This document shows positions 51,016 to 59,961 of a stretch of 64,000 nt of DNA, piece by piece. Origin of the DNA: Minisyncoccia bacterium (GTDB lineage Bacteria; Patescibacteriota; Minisyncoccia; Phycocordibacterales; UBA9973). The number at the start of each line of letters is the position of its first letter. Within the stretch, counting starts at the first letter, position 1. The position numbers and the translations under genes are program-made. The notes beneath the pieces were generated by a model that worked only from the letters and a program-made list of their open reading frames with translations, ran no database searches and had not been told where the DNA came from. The stretch lies in the NCBI GenBank assembly GCA_049287045.1, contig JBAQFC010000008.1, forward strand, positions 22,198 to 86,197, written 5' to 3'.

Positions 51016-53691
51016 TTAAGCTTTCACCGAAGAATTAGTTCTCACTCTCAAAGAGCTCTTGATTTTGGCTTTCTTAGTATCAATTACAATCTCATTATCT
51101 TTCATTGAGACAAAAATAGTATCCCCTTTTTTCGCTTTAAGAGAAATAATAAAAGTAGCAACAGAATTTAAAATCTTATTTTGAATTAGACGATTTAATG
51201 GGCGTGCTCCATAAGAAGGATTGTAACCTTCTTTTGCAAGGTAAGAAAGAGTCTCGTCTGAAATTTCAAAACCAATTCCTTTTATGGATAATCTATCTTT
51301 GACAACCTTTATTCTTAGGTCAACTATTTGTCTAATAGCTGCCTCCGGCAAGATATCGAAAACTATAGTCTCATCTAATCGATTCAAGAACTCTGGGCGA
51401 AAATGATCTTTCAAAGTCTCCATGACTTTATCTTTCATGCTGTTATAGTTTTGTTGGTCGGACGCATTTGAAAATCCGATTGATTCCATTTTATTTATAA
51501 ATTGGGAACCAATGTTGGAAGTAAGAATAATAATTGTATTTTTAAAATTGACTACTCTTCCCTTTCCATCAGTCAATCTGCCATCATCAAGAACTTGCAA
51601 TAATAGATTGAAAACTTCTGGGTGTGCTTTTTCAACTTCATCAAAAAGTATCACTGCATAAGGTCGATGTCTGATTGCTTCTGTTAATTGACCAGATTCA
51701 TCATGACCGACGTATCCTGGTGGAGAACCAATAAGTTTCGAAATAGAGTGACGCTCCATGTATTCAGACATATCAACTCGAACAAGAGATTTGTCATCGT
51801 TAAACATAAATTGTGCCAAAGCTTTTGTTAGTTCTGTTTTTCCAACACCAGTGGGTCCCAAGAATATAAAGGAACCGATTGGGCGGTTTGGGTCAGAAAT
51901 ACCAGCTCGTGAACGACGTATAACGTCTGCCACGCGTTTGATTGCCTCGTCCTGCCCAATAACTCTATTACGTAATTCATCTTCCATTTTCTCTAGTTTC
52001 TCACGTTCTTCTTCAAGCATTTTAACAAGAGGAATACCTGTCCAACGAGCAACAACTTCTGCAATATCCTCAGAGGTTATTTCTTCTCTTAAAATTTTTC
52101 TAGATTTTTGTAATTTTTTCAAACGTAAAAGTTTTGTTTCGAGTTCTTTTTTTAAACTTGGAATTTTTCCATAACGTATTTCTGCGGCACGAGAAAGATC
52201 AGCTCGAGCTTCGGCATTCTCTGCTTCAAGACGAAAAATCTCAAGTTCTTTTTTGATTGAACGTATTTCTGTAACAGTTGTTTTTTCATTCTGCCATTTA
52301 AGTTCTAATTCTTTTGTTTTTTCACGCAAGTTACCAATCTCTTTATCAATATCTTTCACGCGTATCTTGGCTTCTTTATTTTCTGCAGTTTCTTTTTTCA
52401 ATGCTTCTTTTTCAATTTCAAGACGCATTATTTTTCTATGTGCTTCTTCTAAAATTGGAGGTTTATTTTCAAGTGCAATTTTTAAGGATGAAGCAGCCTC
52501 GTCAATAAGGTCTACAGCTTTATCTGGCAAAAATCTATTTGTGATATATCGAGTACTCAAATTAACAGCTGAAAGAATCGCATCATCAGTAATGCGTACA
52601 CCATGGAAAAGTTCATATTTTTCTTTAAGTCCACGTAAGATAGCTATTGCATCTTCCACAGAAGGTTCATCAATAAAAACAGGTTGAAAACGACGAGCCA
52701 AGGCTGGGTCTTTTTCTATATGCTTTTGGTATTCTTTCAAAGTGGTTGCTCCGATTGCACGAAGTTCCCCACGAGCCAAGGCAGGCTTTAACATATTTGA
52801 AGCATCCATAGTTCCCTCTGCACCTCCAGCACCGACGATGGTATGAATCTCATCAATAAAAAGAATTATTTTACCGTCAGACCTCTCTATTTCTTTCATT
52901 ATGCCTTTTAATCTTTCTTCAAATTCTCCACGATATTTGGTACCAGCAATCAATGAACCCAAATCCAAAGAAACAAGTTCTTTGTCTTTTAAAGATTCTG
53001 AAACATCGTTCTTGGCTATTCTTTGAGCTAGACCTTCTACTACAGCAGTTTTACCTGTACCTGCTTCACCTATCAATATAGGATTATTTTTAGTACGACG
53101 GGAAAGAATCTGCATTATGCGCATAATCTCACTATCACGCCCAATAACTGGATCAAGTTTATCTTCCTTGGCCAACTTGGTCATATTACGAGTATATTTG
53201 GTAAGTAAACGAAATTTTTTGGTCTCTGATGTATCGGTAATATTTTGACTACGAAGTTCTTCTAAAATTTTTATTACCACATCTTTATGAATTCTAAATC
53301 GAGCTAAAAGTTCACGCGCTTCACCTGGTATTTCCAACATCGCGATAAAAAGATGTTCTGTCGAAACAAATTCATCCTTTAATGACTCTGCTAATTTTAC
53401 TGAATGTTCTATTGTTTGTGCCAAATCAGGATTCAGATAAATCTGGAATGAAGGAGAAACAGTTGTTTGCGACTCAGGTGATTCAATTAATTCTAAAACA
53501 GAATCGGTCAAGAGCATCGTATCAATTTCCATTTTATCTAAAATAGAATTCACCATACTCTCCTCCTGGAGTAATAATGCAGCAAGTAAATGCAAAGAAG
53601 AAACGTGGTTTTGTCCACGTTCAATCGCCAGCTCGTGAGCTTTTTTTATTGCGTCTTTGGCTTTAGTTGTAAATTTATTTAATGGTGGCAT
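51016..53691 (-). CDS. clpB: ATP-dependent chaperone ClpB
   Basis: N-domain, two AAA+ modules (GEAGTGKT; GPTGVGKT), long M-domain coiled coil; 891 aa. Confidence 0.9.
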   Translation of the reverse strand: MPPLNKFTTKAKDAIKKAHELAIERGQNHVSSLHLLAALLLQEESMVNSILDKMEIDTMLLTDSVLELIESPESQTTVSPSFQIYLNPDLAQTIEHSVKLAESLKDEFVSTEHLFIAMLEIPGEARELLARFRIHKDVVIKILEELRSQNITDTSETKKFRLLTKYTRNMTKLAKEDKLDPVIGRDSEIMRIMQILSRRTKNNPILIGEAGTGKTAVVEGLAQRIAKNDVSESLKDKELVSLDLGSLIAGTKYRGEFEERLKGIMKEIERSDGKIILFIDEIHTIVGAGGAEGTMDASNMLKPALARGELRAIGATTLKEYQKHIEKDPALARRFQPVFIDEPSVEDAIAILRGLKEKYELFHGVRITDDAILSAVNLSTRYITNRFLPDKAVDLIDEAASSLKIALENKPPILEEAHRKIMRLEIEKEALKKETAENKEAKIRVKDIDKEIGNLREKTKELELKWQNEKTTVTEIRSIKKELEIFRLEAENAEARADLSRAAEIRYGKIPSLKKELETKLLRLKKLQKSRKILREEITSEDIAEVVARWTGIPLVKMLEEEREKLEKMEDELRNRVIGQDEAIKRVADVIRRSRAGISDPNRPIGSFIFLGPTGVGKTELTKALAQFMFNDDKSLVRVDMSEYMERHSISKLIGSPPGYVGHDESGQLTEAIRHRPYAVILFDEVEKAHPEVFNLLLQVLDDGRLTDGKGRVVNFKNTIIILTSNIGSQFINKMESIGFSNASDQQNYNSMKDKVMETLKDHFRPEFLNRLDETIVFDILPEAAIRQIVDLRIKVVKDRLSIKGIGFEISDETLSYLAKEGYNPSYGARPLNRLIQNKILNSVATFIISLKAKKGDTIFVSMKDNEIVIDTKKAKIKSSLRVRTNSSVKA

Positions 53692-53763
53692 ATGTTTGAA
53701 TGTTATATAATAGAATAAATAAATTAAATGTCAATGCTGTCACCAATAAGTAATAAGATTAAA

Positions 53764-54552
53764 TTATTGAACTTTAGGTACTTCTGTTATTGAAACAGGA
53801 ACCGGTACTGGTTTTAATGCCTCAGTAATTACAGAAATTTGGGCAAAAGAGGAGTTATCACCTGATAAAGCAATTCCAAGAACGTTTCCATCTAGGTCAA
53901 GAACTACTCCCCCAGCATTTGATTTTGTAACATTAATTTTAAGATCTTTTGATCCATCGAACATAAAAGAAGAAATCGATCCACCTAGGACTATTATTTT
54001 CTGTCCTATTTTCATTTTAGTAAAATCTCCCCAAGTAGGTAAAGCGAAAACTAGTTTATTTTTTTCATCCAACGGTGCACCAATTTTTAAAAATGAAAAT
54101 CCATCTTTTGTAGAAACGAAATCTGCTTTAAATGTACCTGAACTATTTTTAACATAATAAGCCACACTATTATCCGGCACTAAGGCCGCATCAGTTACAA
54201 TCATACCATCGATAGATATAACAAATCCTTTCCCAGCAGAAATTTCAATGATTGCACCAAGTTCATCAACCGACTCCTTGGTAACTGAGAAAATAGCAGA
54301 TTTATTTTTAGCAATCGCATCCACTACTAAATCTTCTTCCTTAATAATAATTGTCTGCGCTGGTTTTCCCATATCTGTCGGTACTATTTTTTCAACAGTC
54401 TGCCTAATAATTCTATTAATAGGTACCGTTACAGAATCTGGAGCTTGTTGCATTAGAGCAACAGTTGTAATACCAGTAGCCAATGAAGTAACGAAACTCA
54501 AAAGTAATGCCAATAATATTAATTGTGGTTTATTTAAATCTTTGATATCCAT
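53764..54552 (-). CDS. membrane-anchored trypsin-fold (S1C/HtrA-like) domain protein, possibly catalytically inactive
   Basis: N-terminal TM; the C-terminus TKSNAGGVVLDLDGNVLGIALSG parallels GNSGGPLVNxxGxVIGI, but the nucleophile position reads Ala. Confidence 0.35.
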   Translation of the reverse strand: MDIKDLNKPQLILLALLLSFVTSLATGITTVALMQQAPDSVTVPINRIIRQTVEKIVPTDMGKPAQTIIIKEEDLVVDAIAKNKSAIFSVTKESVDELGAIIEISAGKGFVISIDGMIVTDAALVPDNSVAYYVKNSSGTFKADFVSTKDGFSFLKIGAPLDEKNKLVFALPTWGDFTKMKIGQKIIVLGGSISSFMFDGSKDLKINVTKSNAGGVVLDLDGNVLGIALSGDNSSFAQISVITEALKPVPVPVSITEVPKVQ

Positions 54553-54555
54553 TGG

Positions 54556-55923
54556 CTAATTATACCACTTTTTTAGTTTGGTCAAAATTTGAGACAAAGC
54601 CTTTAGTGTGTAGTCAATATCTGCTTTAGTTGTCTGTCTGCCAAGAGAAAATCTGATTGATCCATCAATTTCTTTATTAACCAATAACTCCCCTAACTGT
54701 GCTTCACGGATAGCTTGTATTACATGAGAAGCCTTTTCATCACCTGATTTACAAGCACTTTTGACAGAGGCCATAATTCCATGAGCAGAAAGTTCGATTA
54801 CCAAAAGATCACTTGGAATTTTTGGAATCGTGATGTTTATATTGTTAGGTAGTCTGTTTTTTAGGTCACCATTTAAAATTACTTTCCCCGAAACCAGGTT
54901 TAGGGGAAAATCCCCTAAACCTGGTTTCTGGAAATGTGTAGTGTCAAGGCTTAACCTTGACATTTTTTTAATAAAATAATCACGAAGTTTAATTAAACGT
55001 TTTACTTCTTTGTCTTTTATTTGTTCAACAGTTTTTAAAGCTTTTGCTAGTCCGACAATCCCGACAATATTTTCTGTCCCTGGTCTTAATCCAAATTCTT
55101 GGTCACCACCAAATATAATATTAGTGATAGGTGTCATTCTTTTTATATACAAAACCCCAACACCACTAGGCCCATAAATTTTTGATCCATTAAATGAAAA
55201 CAAATCAACACCAAGTTTTTCAACATTGATTGATAAATAGTTTATTGCTTGTGTGGCGTCGGTATGAAAAACTGGAAAAATACCAAGGTCGGACCTTTCT
55301 AAATTCTTAAGGTCCGACCTTTTTGCAACTTTATTTTTTCGATAATGACGAATCTCTTTTGCAATTTCTCTTATTGGTTGAATCGTACCAATCTCATTAT
55401 TTGCGTACATTACAGAAACCAAAATCGTATTTGATTTTAATGCTTTTTTAATTTTCTCGGGATCTACTATTCCATTTTCTTCTACTGGCACATAAGTCAC
55501 TTCTATTTGTTTTGTTTTTTCTAAATGTTTACACACTTCCAGAACGGAAGCATGTTCTATATTCGTGGTGATTATATGAGGAATAATTTTTCGAGTATTT
55601 TTTGAAATGCCTTGCGCAGGCTGACGAGCCGAGCAGAGCAATTTGCCAGCAGGCAAATATGTGTGCATTTGAAAAAATGACTCGTAAAATTTATTAATCA
55701 CACCAAGTAGAGCCAAATTATTACTCTCTGTTGCACCAGAGGTAAAAACCACTTCATTAGAGTGTGCACCTAAAATCTTGGCAATTTCTTCTCTTACTTC
55801 ATTCAGTTGTTTTTTCGCTTTCACACCAAAATCGTGAATTGCTCCAGGATTAGCAGGATTAGCTGAAGCACCACTGGCATAATCCATATATATATTCTTT
55901 GATTTTTTGATTGATTTAACCAT
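54556..55923 (-). CDS. cysteine desulfurase (NifS/IscS family) carrying two in-frame repeat-element insertions
   Basis: PLP-lysine region FNGSKIYGPSGVGVLY and the active-site Cys loop SVKSACKSG. Two extra segments, encoded by the repeats at 55600-55677 and 54889-54929, interrupt otherwise IscS-like sequence. Confidence 0.8.
   Translation of the reverse strand: MVKSIKKSKNIYMDYASGASANPANPGAIHDFGVKAKKQLNEVREEIAKILGAHSNEVVFTSGATESNNLALLGVINKFYESFFQMHTYLPAGKLLCSARQPAQGISKNTRKIIPHIITTNIEHASVLEVCKHLEKTKQIEVTYVPVEENGIVDPEKIKKALKSNTILVSVMYANNEIGTIQPIREIAKEIRHYRKNKVAKRSDLKNLERSDLGIFPVFHTDATQAINYLSINVEKLGVDLFSFNGSKIYGPSGVGVLYIKRMTPITNIIFGGDQEFGLRPGTENIVGIVGLAKALKTVEQIKDKEVKRLIKLRDYFIKKMSRLSLDTTHFQKPGLGDFPLNLVSGKVILNGDLKNRLPNNINITIPKIPSDLLVIELSAHGIMASVKSACKSGDEKASHVIQAIREAQLGELLVNKEIDGSIRFSLGRQTTKADIDYTLKALSQILTKLKKWYN
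54889..54929. repeat. perfect 18-bp-stem hairpin element in frame inside the cysteine desulfurase gene
   Basis: gaaaccaggtttagggg-aaaa-tcccctaaacctggtttc encodes QKPGLGDFPLNLVSG; a second small hairpin, caagg-cttaa-ccttg, follows at 54945-54959. Confidence 0.55.
55600..55677. repeat. 75-nt structured repeat, copy A (in frame within the cysteine desulfurase gene)
   Basis: aaatgccttgcgcaggctgacgagccgagcagagcaa + 18-nt hairpin + atgtgtgcattt, bounded by the inverted ends tttgaaatgc/gcatttgaaa. 49 of ~75 nt are identical to copy B at 58720-58795. Confidence 0.6.
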
Positions 55924-55947
55924 TAAAATAGTATATATTGAAAAGGC

Positions 55948-56409
55948 ATGAATATAAAGCTCGAGATCGCTTTTTTTATTTTAACTGGAATTTCCGTCAT
56001 TGTTGGCGTTATTTGGGTTATAAAAACAGAGAAAAGATTGAAAAGATTTTTTGTTGGTAAAAAAGCAAAAGATTTAGAGGATACTATCATCGCGCTAGAA
56101 AGTGACCTTGCTAACTTAATAAAAATAAAAGAGGAACACGAAAAAGAAATTATTGAGATAAATGCAAAATTAAGAAAAAGTATTCGTGGACTCGAGACTG
56201 TTCGTTTCAATCCTTTTCCAGATCAAGGTAGCAACCAAAGTTTCGCAATAGGATTATTAAATGAAGATGGAGATGGTGTCGTCCTTTCTAGTTTGTATTC
56301 CCGTGAGAGAATGAGTGTTTTTGCTAAGCCTATTAAAAAAGGAAAATCAGAATACGAATTAACAAACGAAGAAAAAGAAATACTAAAAAAAGCTGAAGTA
56401 AAACAATAA
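55948..56409 (+). CDS. hypothetical membrane-anchored coiled-coil protein
   Basis: N-terminal TM, a coiled coil, and a conserved-looking C-terminal domain (RFNPFPDQGSNQSFAIGLL...). Its stop overlaps the infB start. Confidence 0.4.
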   Translation: MNIKLEIAFFILTGISVIVGVIWVIKTEKRLKRFFVGKKAKDLEDTIIALESDLANLIKIKEEHEKEIIEINAKLRKSIRGLETVRFNPFPDQGSNQSFAIGLLNEDGDGVVLSSLYSRERMSVFAKPIKKGKSEYELTNEEKEILKKAEVKQ

Positions 56410-57905
56410 TGAAAAATAAAACAGAAAACATAATAGAACGTCCACCGATAGTAGTAGTCATGGGTCATATCGACCATGGTAAATCTACGTTGCTGGACTA
56501 TATCAGAAAGACAAATATTGTCGACCGTGAAGCTGGAGGAATTACTCAGCATATTTCTGCATATGAAGTTATTCACAAAGACGAACATGGCAAAGATAAA
56601 AAAATTACTTTCTTAGATACTCCAGGACACGAAGCTTTTTCAAAAATGCGTGAACGTGGAGCAGAGGCAGCTGATATAGCTATTCTAGTTGTTTCAGCAG
56701 AAGACGGAGTAAAGCCACAAACCATAGAAGCTTATAAAACAATCCTTGAAAGTAAGATTCCTTTTATTGTAGCTATTAATAAAATAGACCGCCCAGCTGC
56801 TAATATCGAAAAGACAAAAATGGAACTGGCTGAAAATGAAATATATGTTGAAGGATACGGAGGCAAAACACCTGTCGCTGAGATTTCTGCAAAAGTTGGT
56901 ACTGGAGTAGATAATCTTTTAACTCTAATTCTCCTTATTGCTGAGATGGAAGAATTTACAGCAAATACGGAGGAAGGAGCAACGGGATATGTTATCGAAG
57001 CAAACTTAGATCCAAAGAGAGGAATCCAAGCTACTTTAATTATTAAAAATGGAAAACTTAAAAATGGTATGACTGTGGCAGTAGAAGATGCTTTATGTTC
57101 TACCCGTATCATGGAAAACTTTTTAGGAAAAATGGTTAAGGATGCTAGTTTTTCCTCCCCTGTTCGACTAGTTGGCTTTAGTAAAGTTCCAAAAGTTGGA
57201 GCAATGTTTAAAGCTTTCGAAAAGAAAGGTGATGCTGAAGAATACGCAAAAGAAATATTAAATAAAAAAATAACCAAAAATGAAAAGAGAGAGATAAGTG
57301 ATAAAAAAATGATTCCAATAGTTTTGCGTGCAGATGTCATGGGATCTATTGAAGCAATCGAAAAAGAAATAAAAAAAATACAAAGTGAAGGTGCAGAATT
57401 CAAAATAATCCAGAAAGGTGTCGGACCTATTACTGAGTCCGATATTAAATCATCCCAGGGTTCAGAAATCATTGTAATCGGGTTTAATGTAAAAGCAGAC
57501 AGAGGTGCCAATGACTTAGCTATAAAGCAAAACATTCCAATTCTATTTTTCGATATCATTTACAAAATGACAGAATGGTTGACAGAAGAAATGGAAAAGA
57601 GACGCCCTAGAGTAGAAACAATCGAAGTTACCGGACGAGCTAAGATAATCAAAGCTTTCAGCCGTACCAAGGAACGCCAAGTTGTCGGAGGAAAAGTTAC
57701 TGAAGGAAATATCTCTCTTGGTGAAACAGTTAAAATAATTCGTCGTGAGTTTGAAATAGGTAAAGGTAGAATCGTAAACCTAGAAAAATTCAAATCAAAA
57801 ACAAACAAAGTAGAAGAAGGTTCAGAATTTGGTACTATGATCGAATCAAAGATTGAGATAGTAGCAGGAGACATTCTTGAGTCGTTTTCAATAACACAAA
57901 AATAA
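56409..57905 (+). CDS. infB: translation initiation factor IF-2 (short form without the long N-terminal region)
   Basis: G domain ([24 protein letters not shown]) plus the C-terminal beta-barrel domains; 498 aa. Confidence 0.9.
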   Translation: MKNKTENIIERPPIVVVMGHIDHGKSTLLDYIRKTNIVDREAGGITQHISAYEVIHKDEHGKDKKITFLDTPGHEAFSKMRERGAEAADIAILVVSAEDGVKPQTIEAYKTILESKIPFIVAINKIDRPAANIEKTKMELAENEIYVEGYGGKTPVAEISAKVGTGVDNLLTLILLIAEMEEFTANTEEGATGYVIEANLDPKRGIQATLIIKNGKLKNGMTVAVEDALCSTRIMENFLGKMVKDASFSSPVRLVGFSKVPKVGAMFKAFEKKGDAEEYAKEILNKKITKNEKREISDKKMIPIVLRADVMGSIEAIEKEIKKIQSEGAEFKIIQKGVGPITESDIKSSQGSEIIVIGFNVKADRGANDLAIKQNIPILFFDIIYKMTEWLTEEMEKRRPRVETIEVTGRAKIIKAFSRTKERQVVGGKVTEGNISLGETVKIIRREFEIGKGRIVNLEKFKSKTNKVEEGSEFGTMIESKIEIVAGDILESFSITQK

Positions 57906-57906
57906 T

Positions 57907-58230
57907 ATGATCCCACGAAACGAAAAAATAGCACAATTTGTAAAAGAGCTTGCTGCTCAGTTTTTGGCACGCGAGAACAATAATACCTCACTCATAACTG
58001 TTACTTCATGCAACACCTCCCCTGACATGAAACGTGCAACTATATTTATCACTGTGCTCCCTGAATCAAAAGAGAAGCTGGCATTGGAATTCGCAAAACG
58101 CAGAAGAGCAGACCTACGAGACTTCTTGAAAAAGAATATGGAAGTAAAAACAATCCCATTTATTGATATTGAGATAGATAAAGGAGAAAAAAATAGACAA
58201 AGAATTGACGAACTGCTTCGAGAAAAGTAA
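57907..58230 (+). CDS. rbfA: ribosome-binding factor A
   Basis: 107-aa KH-like protein directly downstream of infB (conserved infB-rbfA order). Confidence 0.65.
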   Translation: MIPRNEKIAQFVKELAAQFLARENNNTSLITVTSCNTSPDMKRATIFITVLPESKEKLALEFAKRRRADLRDFLKKNMEVKTIPFIDIEIDKGEKNRQRIDELLREK

Positions 58231-58258
58231 GATAGATAGGCGTTGGTTGTGCGCCTAC

Positions 58259-58330
58259 GGCCTGGTAGCCAAGTGGTAAGGCATTCCTCTGCAAAAGGAA
58301 TATACGGCGGTTCGATTCCGCCCCAGGCCT
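58259..58330 (+). tRNA. tRNA-Cys (anticodon GCA)
   Basis: Acceptor GGCCTGG/CCAGGCC, anticodon stem TTCCT/AGGAA with loop CTGCAAA, T arm GGCGG-TTCGATT-CCGCC. Confidence 0.8.
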
Positions 58331-58360
58331 CAAGTGTAATTTGAAAAAAGAATCATATTT

Positions 58361-58430
58361 GCCCGGATGGATAAAAATCAAACTGCTTTGATTTTTATCC
58401 GAACAAAGTGAGGAGGCCGTCATCCGGGCA
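58361..58430 (+). ncRNA. tRNA-like structured element sharing the tRNA-Leu acceptor stem (pseudo-tRNA or small RNA)
   Basis: 5' gcccggatgg and 3' catccgggca duplicate the acceptor/D start of tRNA-Leu(TAA) located 48 nt downstream. The interior is replaced by a perfect 14-bp hairpin, ggataaaaatcaaa-ctgc-tttgatttttatcc, plus aaagtgaggaggccgt. Confidence 0.35.
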
Positions 58431-58477
58431 ATGGTTTTGTTTACAAAATTTAAAATATGAAATATATTTTAAAAATT

Positions 58478-58559
58478 GCCCGGATGGCGGAATTGGTATA
58501 CGCGCACGACTTAAAATCGTGTCTCGCAAGGGATGTGGGTTCGACCCCCACTCCGGGCA
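58478..58559 (+). tRNA. tRNA-Leu (anticodon TAA)
   Basis: Acceptor GCCCGGA/TCCGGGC, anticodon stem CACGA/TCGTG with loop CTTAAAA, long variable arm, T arm GTGGG-TTCGACC-CCCAC. Confidence 0.8.
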
Positions 58560-58624
58560 CAAGACATATTGAAAATAAAATAAATATGTTAAAGTAGAAA
58601 GTAAGTTTTTATATTTGTTTTTAT

Positions 58625-58697
58625 GCACCCATAACTCAGCTGGTAGAGTAGCTCCCTCTTAAGGAGAATGTCGGAGGTTCGATCCCTCCTGGGTGCA
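58625..58697 (+). tRNA. tRNA-Lys (anticodon CTT)
   Basis: Acceptor GCACCCA/TGGGTGC, anticodon loop CTCTTAA, T arm GGAGG-TTCGATC-CCTCC. Confidence 0.7.
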
Positions 58698-58719
58698 CAC
58701 ACGAGAGAAAGAAAATGTT

Positions 58720-58795
58720 TTTAAAATGCCTTGCGCAGGCTGACGAGCCGAGCAGAGCAAAAATTCAGCAGAATTTTATGTGTGCATTTTAAAAA
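58720..58795. repeat. 75-nt structured repeat, copy B (intergenic, between tRNA-Lys and tRNA-Leu)
   Basis: Identical 37-nt and 12-nt blocks to copy A. The internal hairpin aaaattc-agca-gaatttt differs from copy A (atttgcc-agca-ggcaaat) by compensatory changes that keep a 7-bp stem and the AGCA loop. Perfect terminal inverted ends ttttaaaatgc/gcattttaaaa. Confidence 0.6.
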
Positions 58796-58862
58796 TTTTT
58801 TCTTACTCTCGTGTTTGATTTATTATCAAAAGAAAGCTATTCTATATAGTAATCGAAAAAAT

Positions 58863-58944
58863 GCCGGGATGGCGGAATTGGTATACGCGCTAGTCTTAGG
58901 AACTAGTGGGGCAACCCTTGGGAGTTCGAGTCTCCCTCCCGGCA
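58863..58944 (+). tRNA. tRNA-Leu (anticodon TAG)
   Basis: Acceptor GCCGGGA/TCCCGGC, anticodon stem CTAGT/ACTAG with loop CTTAGGA (G37), long variable arm, T arm. Confidence 0.75.
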
Positions 58945-58987
58945 CAATGTTTATAAGCTTTAATAGGCTTGACTTTTAAATTTATAT

Positions 58988-59752
58988 ATGGTATACTTTA
59001 TGTATATGAATAAAACAACTAACAACTTAATAATAAAGACTTTAGGAGTATTAGGTATATTTGTTTTCAGTATCCTAGTTTTGCCTGTAAAAGCTAATGC
59101 TTATGGTGGCTTTTCTTATGACGGCGGAGCTGGTAGTTACTACAATGGATATTCTTATGTAGGTGATATTAATACACCCACAACAGCAACACCCACGCCA
59201 ACAGTCAATTTAGTTCCAACCATAAATTCAATTAGTCCTGATTCTGCAGTTTCAAGTAAAGCTGCTACTGTTGTAACAATCATAGGAACCAACTTTTCAT
59301 TTGGATCAGTTGCTAAATGGAACGGTGAAGAAAGAGCAACAACTTTTGTAAACTCAAATAAAATTACAACAACCCTTACCCCATCCGACATGTCTGGATT
59401 AGGTGCTTACACAATAACAGTTTTTAATCCTCTACCAGGAGGTGGAATGTCAAATTCCGCTATATTCCAACTAAACAAAGCTTCTGTCGCAAAAGCGACA
59501 ACTACAACAACCGCAACGACTGTAACAACAGCAAAGGTGGTAAAGAAAACAACTGTTGCTAAAAATACAACTAAAACAACAGATTCTAGTAGTAGTCTTA
59601 TGGCCAACGCACTGTTTGGAACAAATGGTTTAATGCCTTCAAGTTTAATCGGATGGCTTTTGCTTTTAACTCTAGTTCTGCTAATAGTAATATTTGCTAG
59701 AAAAGCCTTTGTTAAAGAAGACAAAAAACATACTCCTTTAAAACACGCTTAA
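58988..59752 (+). CDS. secreted surface protein (IPT/TIG-like beta-sandwich, Thr-rich stalk, C-terminal TM anchor)
   Basis: Signal peptide, the segment PTINSISPDSAVSSKAATVVTIIGTNFSFGSVAKWNGEE (IPT/TIG-like), T-rich linker, C-terminal LIGWLLLLTLVLLIVIFARK. Confidence 0.45.
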   Translation: MVYFMYMNKTTNNLIIKTLGVLGIFVFSILVLPVKANAYGGFSYDGGAGSYYNGYSYVGDINTPTTATPTPTVNLVPTINSISPDSAVSSKAATVVTIIGTNFSFGSVAKWNGEERATTFVNSNKITTTLTPSDMSGLGAYTITVFNPLPGGGMSNSAIFQLNKASVAKATTTTTATTVTTAKVVKKTTVAKNTTKTTDSSSSLMANALFGTNGLMPSSLIGWLLLLTLVLLIVIFARKAFVKEDKKHTPLKHA

Positions 59753-59770
59753 TAACACTACAAATAACAC

Positions 59771-59802
59771 AAAAAAGTCAGCCCAACAGGGTTGACTTTT
59801 TT
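59771..59802 (+). terminator. Rho-independent terminator
   Basis: gtcagccc-aaca-gggttgac followed by TTTTTTG. Confidence 0.55.
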
Positions 59803-59859
59803 GCTTATATATGCTATACTTTATAAATAATAAGTTGTTTGAAAACAGGTTAGAAAAAT

Positions 59860-59921
59860 AGTTATGTTCAGCAAAGATGCTCAGTCCCCTTTTACACTGA
59901 GCCGTTTCGCTGAACATAACT
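59860..59921 (+). promoter_or_regulatory. 62-nt extended imperfect hairpin in the 5' leader of the SPFH operon
   Basis: Outer 13-bp stem agttatgttcagc/gctgaacataact and inner 7-bp stem gctcagt/actgagc, 40 nt upstream of the AGGAG RBS and ATG at 59962. Confidence 0.35.
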
Positions 59922-59961
59922 ATTAATTAAACTAATCTAAAATAAAAAGGAGAAACAAAAA

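Noticed and set aside
55621-55642. Hammerhead-ribozyme-like CUGACGAG box inside the 75-nt repeat
   Set aside because: No matching GAAA box, no stems I-III, and no cleavage-site UH context; similarity is limited to one heptamer.
58160-58628. Two minus-strand ORFs (87 and 77 aa) across the tRNA cluster
   Set aside because: They overlap tRNA-Cys, the tRNA-like element and tRNA-Leu and have no coding features, so the tRNA structures explain the sequence.
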